From an uncultured Pseudomonadota bacterium (GTDB lineage Bacteria; Myxococcota_A; Polyangia; Fen-1088), in assembly GCA_963779495.1 (NCBI GenBank), contig CAVZYM010000005.1:2265554-2329553 (forward strand): 64,000 bases of DNA. Reading direction: 5' to 3'. The notes under the pieces were generated by a model that saw only the letters and a list, made by a program, of their open reading frames with translations, was not told where the DNA came from and ran no database searches. Of this stretch, positions 19,453 to 28,293 are shown piece by piece; positions within the stretch are counted from its first letter, which is position 1, and every line of letters begins with the position of its first letter. The translations under genes and the position numbers were made by a program.

Positions 19453-22400
19453 ATGTCGGGAGGACTCCTGGGCATGGTCGCATTCAGGGTTGGTTCGGCT
19501 GTTGTGGTCGCTTCGCTGGTCGTCTTTTCCGGTTGTCGGGGCGGTGATCCGCCCGCGACTCCGACGAAAGGAGCGGCCATCCTGTCGGCTCTGCGCGGTA
19601 GACCGGGGTCGCCGTTCGCGGCGCGCGGGAAGGCGACATTCGACACGAGCGGCGGTGTCCTTCGGGCGCGGTTCGTGGAGAAGGACGCCGAGCCGACGCG
19701 CGCGCGGGTCACGCTGCCGATGCTGGCGAGCGCGGCGGTCCGGGTCGAGGACGCGGGCAGCGGCGCCGGCGTCGACGTCTCGCTGAGGGGGGCATCGTCT
19801 TCGTCGGCCCAGACGGTCGATGGACACGTCGTCTACCCGGAGGCCCTCGCCGGGGGCGCGACGCTGATCCAGCGGCCGCTCGCGAGCGGCGTCGAGGACT
19901 TCGTCAACTTCGAGACGCGCCCCGCGAAGCCGGAGCTGACGTACGACATCTCGCCCAGCAAGGGTGTCAGCGGGCTGCGCCTGGTGGACAACACGCTGGA
20001 GCTGCTCGACGCGGGCGGCGCGCCGCGCCTGCGCGTGGCGCCCCCCTACGTCGTCGGCGCGGACGGCGTCGAGACCGGCGCGATCCTGGCCGTCGAGGGG
20101 TGCGCCGTGGACAGCAATCCGTCGGCCCCCTGGGGGCGCGCGGTGACGGCGCCCGGCGCCACGCACTGCACGCTGCGCGTGCGCTGGCCGGAGTCGGTCG
20201 CCTATCCGGCGGTGGTCGACCCGCGCTGGACGACGACGGGGGCGATGATCACGGCGCGGCAGGAGCACACGGCCACGCTGCTTTCCACGGGCAAGGTGCT
20301 CGTGGTCGGCGGGCGGACCACGACCGGGACAGCGGCGCTCTCCAGCGCCGAGCTGTACGACCGGGCGACCGGGCTCTGGGCGGCCACGGGGAGCATTTCC
20401 GGCGCGCGGCGGCTGCACAGCGCGACGCAGCTCAACACGTCCTCGAATGCGACGACCAGCGGCAAGGTGCTGGTGGCGGGCGGCATCGACGGGACGAGCA
20501 CGCTGACGACCGCGCAGCTCTACTCGCCGACGGAAGGCACCTGGATCGCGGCGGGCAACCTGAACACGGGGCGCTATGCGCACACGGCGACACTGCTCGC
20601 CGGCAGCGCCGATGGGAAGGTGCTGCTCGCCGGCGGCGTGAGCGGCTCGACGACGCTGGCCACCGCGGCGATCTACAACCCGGCCTCGGGCGCCGGGGCG
20701 TTCGCGGCGACGACGGGGCCGCTCCCGCAGGGGGTGAAGGCGCACACCGCCACGCGACTCGCGACCGGCAACGCGCAGCTGAACAACAAAGTGCTGCTGG
20801 TCGGCGGCAACAACGGCTCGCTCTCGCTCTCCGCGGTCTATCTGTTCGACCCCACGTCGTCGGCCTTCAGCACGCTGGCGTCGCTCTCGACCCCGCGCGA
20901 GGGGCACACGGCGACGCTCCTGGCCGACGGCAAGCTGCTGGTGACAGGCGGCAAGAATGGGTCGACGACCCTGGCGACGACGCTCCAGTTCGACCCCGGC
21001 ACCGGGCCCGGGTCGTGGTCGACGAAGGGGAACCTGACGATCGCGCGCTGGGGGCACACGGCGACGCTGCTGCCGGCGACGGTCCTGGGGAACGGGCAGC
21101 TGCTGGTGGCGGGCGGAAACAGCGGCAGCGCGACGTTGTCGTCGTCGGAGCTCTACAGCGTTGCGCCCGGGACCTGGGCGCCGACGGCGGCGATGGCGGG
21201 GGCGGTGCAGGGGCACACGGCCACGTTGTTGCCCAGCAACATGGTCCTGCTGGCTGGCGGGCTCAGCGGGACGACCGTGCAGGGCGCGGCGCAGCTGTAC
21301 GACACGTCATCGGGCCTCGGGTGCAGCACCAACAGCCAGTGCGCCAGCGGCTTCTGCGTGAGCGGCGTCTGCTGCGACACCGCCTGCAACGGCGGCTGTG
21401 GCAGCTGCAACCTCGCGGGCTTTCCGGGGACGTGCAAGCCGCTCAGCAACACGACGGCCTGCCGCGCGTCGGCGGGCGCCTGCGACGTCGCCGAGACCTG
21501 CAACGGGACGTCGGTGGCCTGCCCGGCCGACGCATTCGCGGCGGCGACGGCGACCTGCCGCGGCGCGAACGGCGTGTGCGACGCGGCCGAGACCTGCACC
21601 GGCACGTCAGCGGCGTGCCCGGCTGATGCGCTCAAGCCGGCGAACACGGCCTGCACCGACGACGGCAACCTCTGCACGCAGGACAAGTGCAACGGCACGA
21701 GCGTGGCGTGCCAGCACCCGGCGGGGAACGCGGGAACGGTCTGCCGCGTCTCGGTCGGGTTGTGCGACGTGGCGGAGAGCTGCAACGGGACGTCGACCGC
21801 CTGCCCAACGGACGGGTTCGCGCCCGCGACGACGACGTGTCGTGGCGCCGCCGGCGAGTGCGACGTGGCCGAGATCTGCACCGGCACGTCCGCGGCATGT
21901 CCCGCCAACGCGCTGAAGCCGGCCAACACGCCCTGTACCGACGACGGCTTTGTCTGCACCCAGGACAAGTGCGACGGCACGATGACGGCGTGCCAGCACC
22001 CGGCGGGGAACCCAGGGACGGTTTGCCGTGCGGCGGACGGGTTGTGCGACGTGGCCGAGACCTGCACCGGTTCGGCGACCGCCTGCCCTGCGGATGGGTT
22101 CTTGCCCCCGACGACGACCTGCCGTCCGGTCGCCAGGGAGTGCGACGTGGCGGAGACGTGCACGGGGACGCAGCCGGTCTGCCCACCGGATGTGTCTGCC
22201 CCGAACGGCGCCCAGTGCAGTGACGGCAACGGCTGCACGTTGGCCGACACCTGCCAGTCGGGCAATTGTACGGCCGGCACTCCGGTGACCTGCACCGCGC
22301 AGGACCAGTGCCACGTCGCGGGTGTCTGCCAGGGATCGGGGACCTGCACCAATCCGGTCGTCGCCGACGGGACGCCGTGCACGGGTGGCCAGTGCGCCGC

Positions 22401-25400
22401 GGGGAGCTGCCAGTCGGGAACGCCGACGGGAAACCCGCCGACGCCAATCGACCCGACGGTCCCGCTCGACTTCCGGCAAGCCAACGCCTTCCTTTACGAG
22501 GGACCGAACGCCCAGCAGGTCGGCGTCGTGCCAGGAACAATCAAGCGAGCGCGCATCGGCGTTCTCCGCGGGCGTGTCACGGACGGACAAGGGCAACCGC
22601 TGTCTCAGGTCACCGTGCGGGTCGCCAGTCGTCCCGAATACGGAGCCACCCAGACCGCCGACGACGGCGTGTTCAGCTTGGCGGTCAACGGGGGCGAGCA
22701 GATACGCCTGGCCTACGACCGCGAGGGGTTCCTGCCCGTCCAAAGAACCGAGTTCGTGACCCCGCTCGACTACGGCTGGTTCCCCGACGTGACGATGACG
22801 GCGCTCGATTCCGCCCGGACAATCGTCGATCTCGGCGGTGGCTCTGGACCGCAGGTCGCGACCGCCACACCGACCTCGGATGCCAGTGGGCCGCGTCAGT
22901 CAATCGTTATCTTCCCGTCAGGCACCCAGGCGACCATCACCGAGAACGGCGGCGCGCCTCAACCGGCCACCACGCTGGCACTGCGTTCGACCGAGTACAC
23001 GGTGGGACCAGGGGGGCCTCAGGCCATGCCGGGGCCGCTGCCTCCGAGCTCCGGGTACACCTATGCCGTCGAGCTGAGCGTCGACGAGGCGCTGGGGCCG
23101 GGAACGCGGGTCGATTTCAACCGCCCCGTGATCAACTACGTCGACAACTTCCTGCATTTCCCGGTCGGCTCGCCCGTGCCTGTGGGCTACTACGACCGCG
23201 TCGCCGGAATGTGGGTCCCCGCCCCGAACGGGCGGGTGATCAGGGTCATCGAGAGCTTCGGCGGTTTCGCCGAGCTCGACACGGACGGGGACAGCGCACC
23301 AGATGACGCTTCCACGCTCGCGGCGTTGGGGATCGACGACGAAGAGCGCGCGACCCTGGCCACCCTCTACTTGCCCGGTCAGGACGTGTGGCGGGTGCCG
23401 GTGACGCACCTGACCCCTTGGGACTACAACTGGCCGTTGGCCCCGCCCGAGGACTTCGTGTACCCGGATGATCCCGATCCGCGGCCCAGGAACAAGCCGA
23501 CGGAGTCGAGCGACGGGCGTAAACCGCCCTGCGATGAGATTCAGGTCGGATCGTCGGTGGCTTGCAGCTCCCAAACGTTGAGTGAGGCCGTTCCCATCAC
23601 CGGAACGCCATTCTCACTCGTTTACACGACGTCGCGCTCTCCGGCATACGGTGCCGGGGCTGCTACGACAGACGTGAAGGTCAGTGGTCCGACGATTCCG
23701 GCCTCGGTCAAACGGATCGAAGTGTCCACGACCATCGCGGGGCGTCTGATTAAGCAAACATTCGCGCCGGCGCCCAACATCACGACTTCGGTGCCATGGG
23801 ATGGTCGCGACGCCTATGGCCGTGCTGTTACAGGCCGTCAGCCTGCCACGGTCAGCGTAACGTATGTTTACGGCGGCGTTTATAACCGTCCACTAGAAGA
23901 CGTGATCAGCTCGTTTGGGCGGTTTTCCGAGTTTCCCGAGATTCCGATCGATGGAGACCTCGGCCGAGGCGAGTTGTTTGCTCCGCACGTCGGCAAAACC
24001 ATGATCGAGCACCCGAATGCGTCGCTCGAGGAGGGCCTTGGAGGCTGGACGCTGGACGTCCACCACACCTACGACCCCCGAACGTTGACGTTGACCCGGG
24101 GCGACAACAAAAGACTCTCAGCCGATGCCCTCGGAGGCCGCGCCGCGGCGAACACGGCAAAGCTGTTAACCGAGGATGGCAGCATCGGCATCACCGACTT
24201 CCGTGTCACCAGCGACGGCAAAATATATACGGCCGGTTACGGCCGTATTCTGAGGATCGGGGATGATGGCGCCATCGAGGTTGTCGCGACTGATGTGGAG
24301 CCCACGTCCTTGGTGATCGCGGGTACGCGCGTATTCTTCTCCAATCAGCACGAATACCACGGCGGAGAAGCCCAATTAGTATACTGGCCAGGCCAGATCA
24401 AGGAACTGAAAGGGGATGGCAGCGTCGTGACACTGGCCGGGAGCACGAGGGAGGACTGCACTCCTCCGGACTATTACTCGAATCACGCCGCCCCGTTGTT
24501 CTTCGGCAATGAAGGTCCCGCGACGGACGCATGCTTGGAGAACATAAGGAGCGTAGGCGTCGCGCCCGACGGAACCATCTACGTGCTCGGCTACGTGTCC
24601 TTCCATTGGCAAATCCGGCGGATTACTTCCGACGGGATCATTCACGCGTTTTTGTCCGGAGGATTTCCGCAGGACGGTTCGACTGTGGACAAGCCGGGAT
24701 TCTTCGCCGGTGACCTGGCCATTTCTGGTGACTACTCAATGTACCTCAATGGCACCTATGCCACGGAAATTGACTTTGGCCGTTATCGGCCCTATCGAGG
24801 CGTGTTTCAGCGTCTGCTAACGAACGGCGCCGTGCAACCGGTGCTAACGATCGATTATCCGAACGGCAGCGCCAGCCTCTGCACCATCGACGAACTCACC
24901 AATGGCACCAGCGTGCCTCGTTGTCAGCCCAGTGCCGTGACGGTCGGGCCCGACGGACTCCTTTACGCTCAAACGAACGTGTCATTCAACGATCCGCGAT
25001 TCCCCGATTGGCCGCAGCACATGGCGAGAGTTGTGAGGATTCGCCCGGACGGCGTGCTGGCGGAAGCGTTCGCTGGCTTCAGCGACATGAACGTTTCAAA
25101 ATACACGATGTCGAGCGACGGCACGATCCTGATGATGGCGCGCCCATTCGCCGGACTCGGACGGGACGACAACCAGTATTGGGGAGCCCTTTCACTCTAC
25201 CGGCTCTACCCCAACCTCCCCTCCGTGTCGGACCAAGGATATCTCCTCCCGGCGAGCGACGGCAGCGAGATCTACTCATTCGACAACCGGGGACGCCACC
25301 TCCGCACGTACGACCGGACGGGGGCCGTCACGAAGCTTGAGTTTCAATATAACACCACCAACGGCCTTCTGACCGGCATCGCTGATCGGAATGGGCTGAC

Positions 25401-28293
25401 AACGACGATCGAGCGCGACGGCAGCGGTAAGCCGACCGCTATCGTTGCGCCCAACGGCCAACGAACGACACTCGCCGTGGACCCGAATGGATATCTCAGC
25501 TCCATCACGAGCCCCACCAACGCCATCGTGCAGTTCACGTACGTCAACGGCGCGATGACGCAGGAGATTGATGCCCGGAACGGAGTCCACCGGTTCACGT
25601 ACGATCCAGACGGAAGGCTCATCGTCGACCGCACGCCCACGACCGGTGAATGGACCTTCTCGCGTTCTCCGGATGGCTCGGTTGTCAGCTCGGCGAGCGC
25701 CGAAGGGGTCAACCATTCGTATGCTGTCAGCGAGCCGGTAGGCGCTTCCCAGCAAACGATCGTCGATGGCGCCGGTCTCACGTCGACGGTCCGTACCGAC
25801 GCTGCCGGGATGAGTCATGCCACGATGAGCAACGGCGTCGAGACGTTCACAAAGACCACTCCCGACCCTCGCTTCGGTGCGGCTGCGCCCTACGTCTCCC
25901 AAGAGTCCACCCGCACTCCGAGCGGACTGACGTCGATCACCAACATAAAGCGTCAGACGACTGTGTCTCCCGGCAATCCGCTCGTCATGACGGCACAGAC
26001 CCAAACGATCACCGTCAATGGGAAGACCACGACCGTGGCCTACGACGGGACGGCTCTGGAAACGCTGGTCACGTCGCCCGCGGGGAGGCAGACCGTCTAT
26101 CGCACGGACGACCATGGGCGGCTCGTCTATCTCCGGCGAGGAACCCTCGCTCCCGTCTCGTTGGCCTACGACGGACAGGGACGGCGGGTCGGCAGCCAGA
26201 TTGGTACGGGCAGCGACATCCGGACAACCACGGTGACCTACGATCCGCAGAGTCGTCCGGACTCCGTCACCGACGCGTCGTCGAGGATCAGCCACCTGAC
26301 CTATGACGCGGGCAATCGGTTGACTTCGATCGCGCGGGGCGGCGGTCTTCCGCTCAGCTTCTCGTACAACGGGGCCGACGATCTGGTGTCCCTCACCCCG
26401 CCTGGGGGCAGCGCTTTTACGTTCGGCTTTACGGCGGCAGGGGACACCGCCTCTTACTCGGTCCCTGGCGTCGGCGGCGAAAATCCGACGACCGGATTCG
26501 AGTTCGATCTCGATCGACGACTGACCCGGATCATCAACCCCGCGGGGACCCAGGCCGTCTTTGGCTATGAACCCGTAACCGGCAGGATCGCGAGCATCAC
26601 CTACGCCCGGGACGCCGGCGTGGCGGCGGCGGGAAATGTGACCGCGTCGATCGTGTACGCTCCGACAACAGGCAACGTACAGACGATCGCCGTCACCGAT
26701 GGTCCCCAGCTGACCTTCCAGTACGACGGACCGCTTCTGCTCTCGACGACCTGGTCCGGTTCCATCGCGGGAAGCATCAGCCACAGCTATGACAGCGACT
26801 TTCGCGTCATCAGCCAGAGCGTGAACGGAGGCAATACGGTCTCTTTCAGCTACGATGCCGATGGCTTGCCGACGGCTCTCGGCGACCTGACGCTGACGCG
26901 CGACATTCCGAATGGGTTCGTGACCGATTCGACTCTGGGTGGCGTCACCGATCACACGGCGTACACGATGTTCGGCGAGGTCCGAGACTATGAGGTCCGG
27001 CACGCGGGGCAGCCGCTGTACCACGCCGACTACCAGGCGCGAGACGCGCTCGGTCGGATCGAGACGAAGGTGGAAACGATCCAGGGCGTCACGACCACCT
27101 GGAGCTACGGGTACGACGACGCTGGCCGACTCTCTCAGGTCATGAAGGATGGCACCGTGACCGCGTCATACGGGTACGACGCCAAGGGGAACCGGACGAG
27201 CGGCCCGGCCCTGCCGACGGCGCCCGTCTACGACGTTCAGGACAGGCTGCTCAGCTATGGACACTGGGCCTTCACCTACACCGCCGGCGGAGATCTATCG
27301 ACCAAGACGGATACGAACAGCGGCGCAGTGACGAGGTACCACTACGACAGCGCCGGCGCGCTCCGCGAGGTCCGGCTGCCGGATGGTCGTTTGATCGAAT
27401 ATGTCATCGATGCCGCCGGCCGCCGTGCCGGGAAGAAGGTTGACGGGGTGCTGGTGAAGGGGTGGCTCTACGGCGAAGATGATCTGACGGTCGTCGCAGA
27501 GTTGGACGGGAGCGGCGGCGTCGTGAGCCGGTTCGTCGACAACCGCTATTTCGTCCGCGGTGGCGCGACCTACCGTGTCGTCACGGACGAAATCGGCACC
27601 GTCCGTCTGGTGGTGGATGTCGCGACGGGGGCGGTGGCGCAACGCCTCGACTACGATGAGTTCGGTAATGTCCTGCAGGACACGTCGCCCGGGTTCCAGC
27701 CGCTGGGGTTTGGCGGGGGCCACTACGATCCCGACACCGGACTCGTGCGCTTCAGGGCGCGGGACTACGATCCGACCGTGGGACGATGGACGGCGAGGGA
27801 TCCCATCATGTTCGAAAGTGGGGAGGCGCTTCTCTACGCGTACGTGGGAAACGACCCCGTGAACCATGTCGATCCGACCGGTCTCGTGAAGTTGGAGCTC
27901 AACAGGGCTACCGGCGAGTTGCTCGTTGACCCGGAACGGCCGGGCGCGGACCCCTATGTTCTCGGGGCCGATTCGGGCAAGGAGAAGTGCCGGAACAATC
28001 CGCTATGCGAGAGAAAAAAGGACCAGGGCCCCACGCCCAGAGGGGATTACCACTTCAAGCCGAGTGGAATAAAGCCGTCGCCCAGCGACGGTCGAGACTG
28101 GGGCCCTTGGCGCGTCAGGCTGACGCCGGATTCCGGGACCAATACCTTCGGTCGTGACAGGTTCTACCTCCACGGGGGGAAGACGCCGGGCACGAGCGGG
28201 TGCATCCAAATCAACCGAGAGATGGACCTGGAGCGGCTCAGATTCGAGCTTGAGTCGGATCCGGACGACTACGTACCATTGTTAGTGCGGTGA
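19453..28293 (+). CDS. Rhs/YD-repeat polymorphic toxin with teneurin-like architecture and a lipoprotein-type signal
   Basis: One uninterrupted frame. MSGGLLGMVAFRVGSAVVVASLVVFSGC starts at ATG 19453. It contains Kelch blades, Cys-rich repeats, TTR/FN-plug (WRVPVTHLTPWDYNWP), an NHL-like propeller, about 2 kb of YD repeats, an RHS core ending DPVNHVDPTGL, and then a 135-aa C-terminal domain. Confidence 0.9.
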   Translation: MSGGLLGMVAFRVGSAVVVASLVVFSGCRGGDPPATPTKGAAILSALRGRPGSPFAARGKATFDTSGGVLRARFVEKDAEPTRARVTLPMLASAAVRVEDAGSGAGVDVSLRGASSSSAQTVDGHVVYPEALAGGATLIQRPLASGVEDFVNFETRPAKPELTYDISPSKGVSGLRLVDNTLELLDAGGAPRLRVAPPYVVGADGVETGAILAVEGCAVDSNPSAPWGRAVTAPGATHCTLRVRWPESVAYPAVVDPRWTTTGAMITARQEHTATLLSTGKVLVVGGRTTTGTAALSSAELYDRATGLWAATGSISGARRLHSATQLNTSSNATTSGKVLVAGGIDGTSTLTTAQLYSPTEGTWIAAGNLNTGRYAHTATLLAGSADGKVLLAGGVSGSTTLATAAIYNPASGAGAFAATTGPLPQGVKAHTATRLATGNAQLNNKVLLVGGNNGSLSLSAVYLFDPTSSAFSTLASLSTPREGHTATLLADGKLLVTGGKNGSTTLATTLQFDPGTGPGSWSTKGNLTIARWGHTATLLPATVLGNGQLLVAGGNSGSATLSSSELYSVAPGTWAPTAAMAGAVQGHTATLLPSNMVLLAGGLSGTTVQGAAQLYDTSSGLGCSTNSQCASGFCVSGVCCDTACNGGCGSCNLAGFPGTCKPLSNTTACRASAGACDVAETCNGTSVACPADAFAAATATCRGANGVCDAAETCTGTSAACPADALKPANTACTDDGNLCTQDKCNGTSVACQHPAGNAGTVCRVSVGLCDVAESCNGTSTACPTDGFAPATTTCRGAAGECDVAEICTGTSAACPANALKPANTPCTDDGFVCTQDKCDGTMTACQHPAGNPGTVCRAADGLCDVAETCTGSATACPADGFLPPTTTCRPVARECDVAETCTGTQPVCPPDVSAPNGAQCSDGNGCTLADTCQSGNCTAGTPVTCTAQDQCHVAGVCQGSGTCTNPVVADGTPCTGGQCAAGSCQSGTPTGNPPTPIDPTVPLDFRQANAFLYEGPNAQQVGVVPGTIKRARIGVLRGRVTDGQGQPLSQVTVRVASRPEYGATQTADDGVFSLAVNGGEQIRLAYDREGFLPVQRTEFVTPLDYGWFPDVTMTALDSARTIVDLGGGSGPQVATATPTSDASGPRQSIVIFPSGTQATITENGGAPQPATTLALRSTEYTVGPGGPQAMPGPLPPSSGYTYAVELSVDEALGPGTRVDFNRPVINYVDNFLHFPVGSPVPVGYYDRVAGMWVPAPNGRVIRVIESFGGFAELDTDGDSAPDDASTLAALGIDDEERATLATLYLPGQDVWRVPVTHLTPWDYNWPLAPPEDFVYPDDPDPRPRNKPTESSDGRKPPCDEIQVGSSVACSSQTLSEAVPITGTPFSLVYTTSRSPAYGAGAATTDVKVSGPTIPASVKRIEVSTTIAGRLIKQTFAPAPNITTSVPWDGRDAYGRAVTGRQPATVSVTYVYGGVYNRPLEDVISSFGRFSEFPEIPIDGDLGRGELFAPHVGKTMIEHPNASLEEGLGGWTLDVHHTYDPRTLTLTRGDNKRLSADALGGRAAANTAKLLTEDGSIGITDFRVTSDGKIYTAGYGRILRIGDDGAIEVVATDVEPTSLVIAGTRVFFSNQHEYHGGEAQLVYWPGQIKELKGDGSVVTLAGSTREDCTPPDYYSNHAAPLFFGNEGPATDACLENIRSVGVAPDGTIYVLGYVSFHWQIRRITSDGIIHAFLSGGFPQDGSTVDKPGFFAGDLAISGDYSMYLNGTYATEIDFGRYRPYRGVFQRLLTNGAVQPVLTIDYPNGSASLCTIDELTNGTSVPRCQPSAVTVGPDGLLYAQTNVSFNDPRFPDWPQHMARVVRIRPDGVLAEAFAGFSDMNVSKYTMSSDGTILMMARPFAGLGRDDNQYWGALSLYRLYPNLPSVSDQGYLLPASDGSEIYSFDNRGRHLRTYDRTGAVTKLEFQYNTTNGLLTGIADRNGLTTTIERDGSGKPTAIVAPNGQRTTLAVDPNGYLSSITSPTNAIVQFTYVNGAMTQEIDARNGVHRFTYDPDGRLIVDRTPTTGEWTFSRSPDGSVVSSASAEGVNHSYAVSEPVGASQQTIVDGAGLTSTVRTDAAGMSHATMSNGVETFTKTTPDPRFGAAAPYVSQESTRTPSGLTSITNIKRQTTVSPGNPLVMTAQTQTITVNGKTTTVAYDGTALETLVTSPAGRQTVYRTDDHGRLVYLRRGTLAPVSLAYDGQGRRVGSQIGTGSDIRTTTVTYDPQSRPDSVTDASSRISHLTYDAGNRLTSIARGGGLPLSFSYNGADDLVSLTPPGGSAFTFGFTAAGDTASYSVPGVGGENPTTGFEFDLDRRLTRIINPAGTQAVFGYEPVTGRIASITYARDAGVAAAGNVTASIVYAPTTGNVQTIAVTDGPQLTFQYDGPLLLSTTWSGSIAGSISHSYDSDFRVISQSVNGGNTVSFSYDADGLPTALGDLTLTRDIPNGFVTDSTLGGVTDHTAYTMFGEVRDYEVRHAGQPLYHADYQARDALGRIETKVETIQGVTTTWSYGYDDAGRLSQVMKDGTVTASYGYDAKGNRTSGPALPTAPVYDVQDRLLSYGHWAFTYTAGGDLSTKTDTNSGAVTRYHYDSAGALREVRLPDGRLIEYVIDAAGRRAGKKVDGVLVKGWLYGEDDLTVVAELDGSGGVVSRFVDNRYFVRGGATYRVVTDEIGTVRLVVDVATGAVAQRLDYDEFGNVLQDTSPGFQPLGFGGGHYDPDTGLVRFRARDYDPTVGRWTARDPIMFESGEALLYAYVGNDPVNHVDPTGLVKLELNRATGELLVDPERPGADPYVLGADSGKEKCRNNPLCERKKDQGPTPRGDYHFKPSGIKPSPSDGRDWGPWRVRLTPDSGTNTFGRDRFYLHGGKTPGTSGCIQINREMDLERLRFELESDPDDYVPLLVR
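20224..21310 (+). other. Kelch-type beta-propeller region of the Rhs protein (seven blades)
   Basis: Seven units of the form R-x-x-HTATLL-x(2-10)-GKVLVxGG-x-G-x(6-10)-ELY/IY-x-P-x-x-G-x-W. Confidence 0.75.
21316..22420 (+). repeat. Cys-rich repeat region of the Rhs protein, including about 2.4 copies of a 282-nt (94-aa) super-repeat
   Basis: CRxxxGxCDVAExCxGTSxACPxD modules. The super-repeat copies start at 21460, 21742 and 22024, an exact 282-nt period. Confidence 0.8.
22552..23440 (+). other. carboxypeptidase-regulatory (TTR)-like domain plus FN-plug-like region, as in teneurins
   Basis: RIGVLRGRVTDGQGQPLSQVTVRV...DDGVFSLAVNGG, then MPGPLPPSSGYTYAVELSVDEA, NFLHFPVGSPVPVGYYDRVAGMWVPAPNGRVI and LYLPGQDVWRVPVTHLTPWDYNWP. 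Confidence 0.7.
27335..27885 (+). other. RHS repeat-associated core domain ending at the predicted autoproteolysis motif
   Basis: RLDYDEFGNVLQDTSPGFQPLGFGGGHYDPDTGLVRFRARDYDPTVGRWTARDPIMFESGEALLYAYVGNDPVNHVDPTGL. Confidence 0.85.
27886..28293 (+). other. C-terminal toxin domain, Tlde1/DUF2778-like (L,D-transpeptidase/YkuD fold)
   Basis: 135 aa follow DPTGL. GPTPRGDYHF...WRVRLTP...FGRDRFYLHGGKTPGTSGCIQINREMDLERL matches the H-x(n)-S-x-GC catalytic pattern of YkuD-fold enzymes and the GPxPxGxY lead-in of DUF2778. Confidence 0.55.

Noticed and set aside
19453-28293. Classifying the Rhs protein as a T6SS effector
   Set aside because: No PAAR domain, VgrG, Hcp, EagR/DUF1795 chaperone or other T6SS gene is visible in the window, and the N-terminus looks like a Sec/lipoprotein signal. 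The delivery route is therefore left open.
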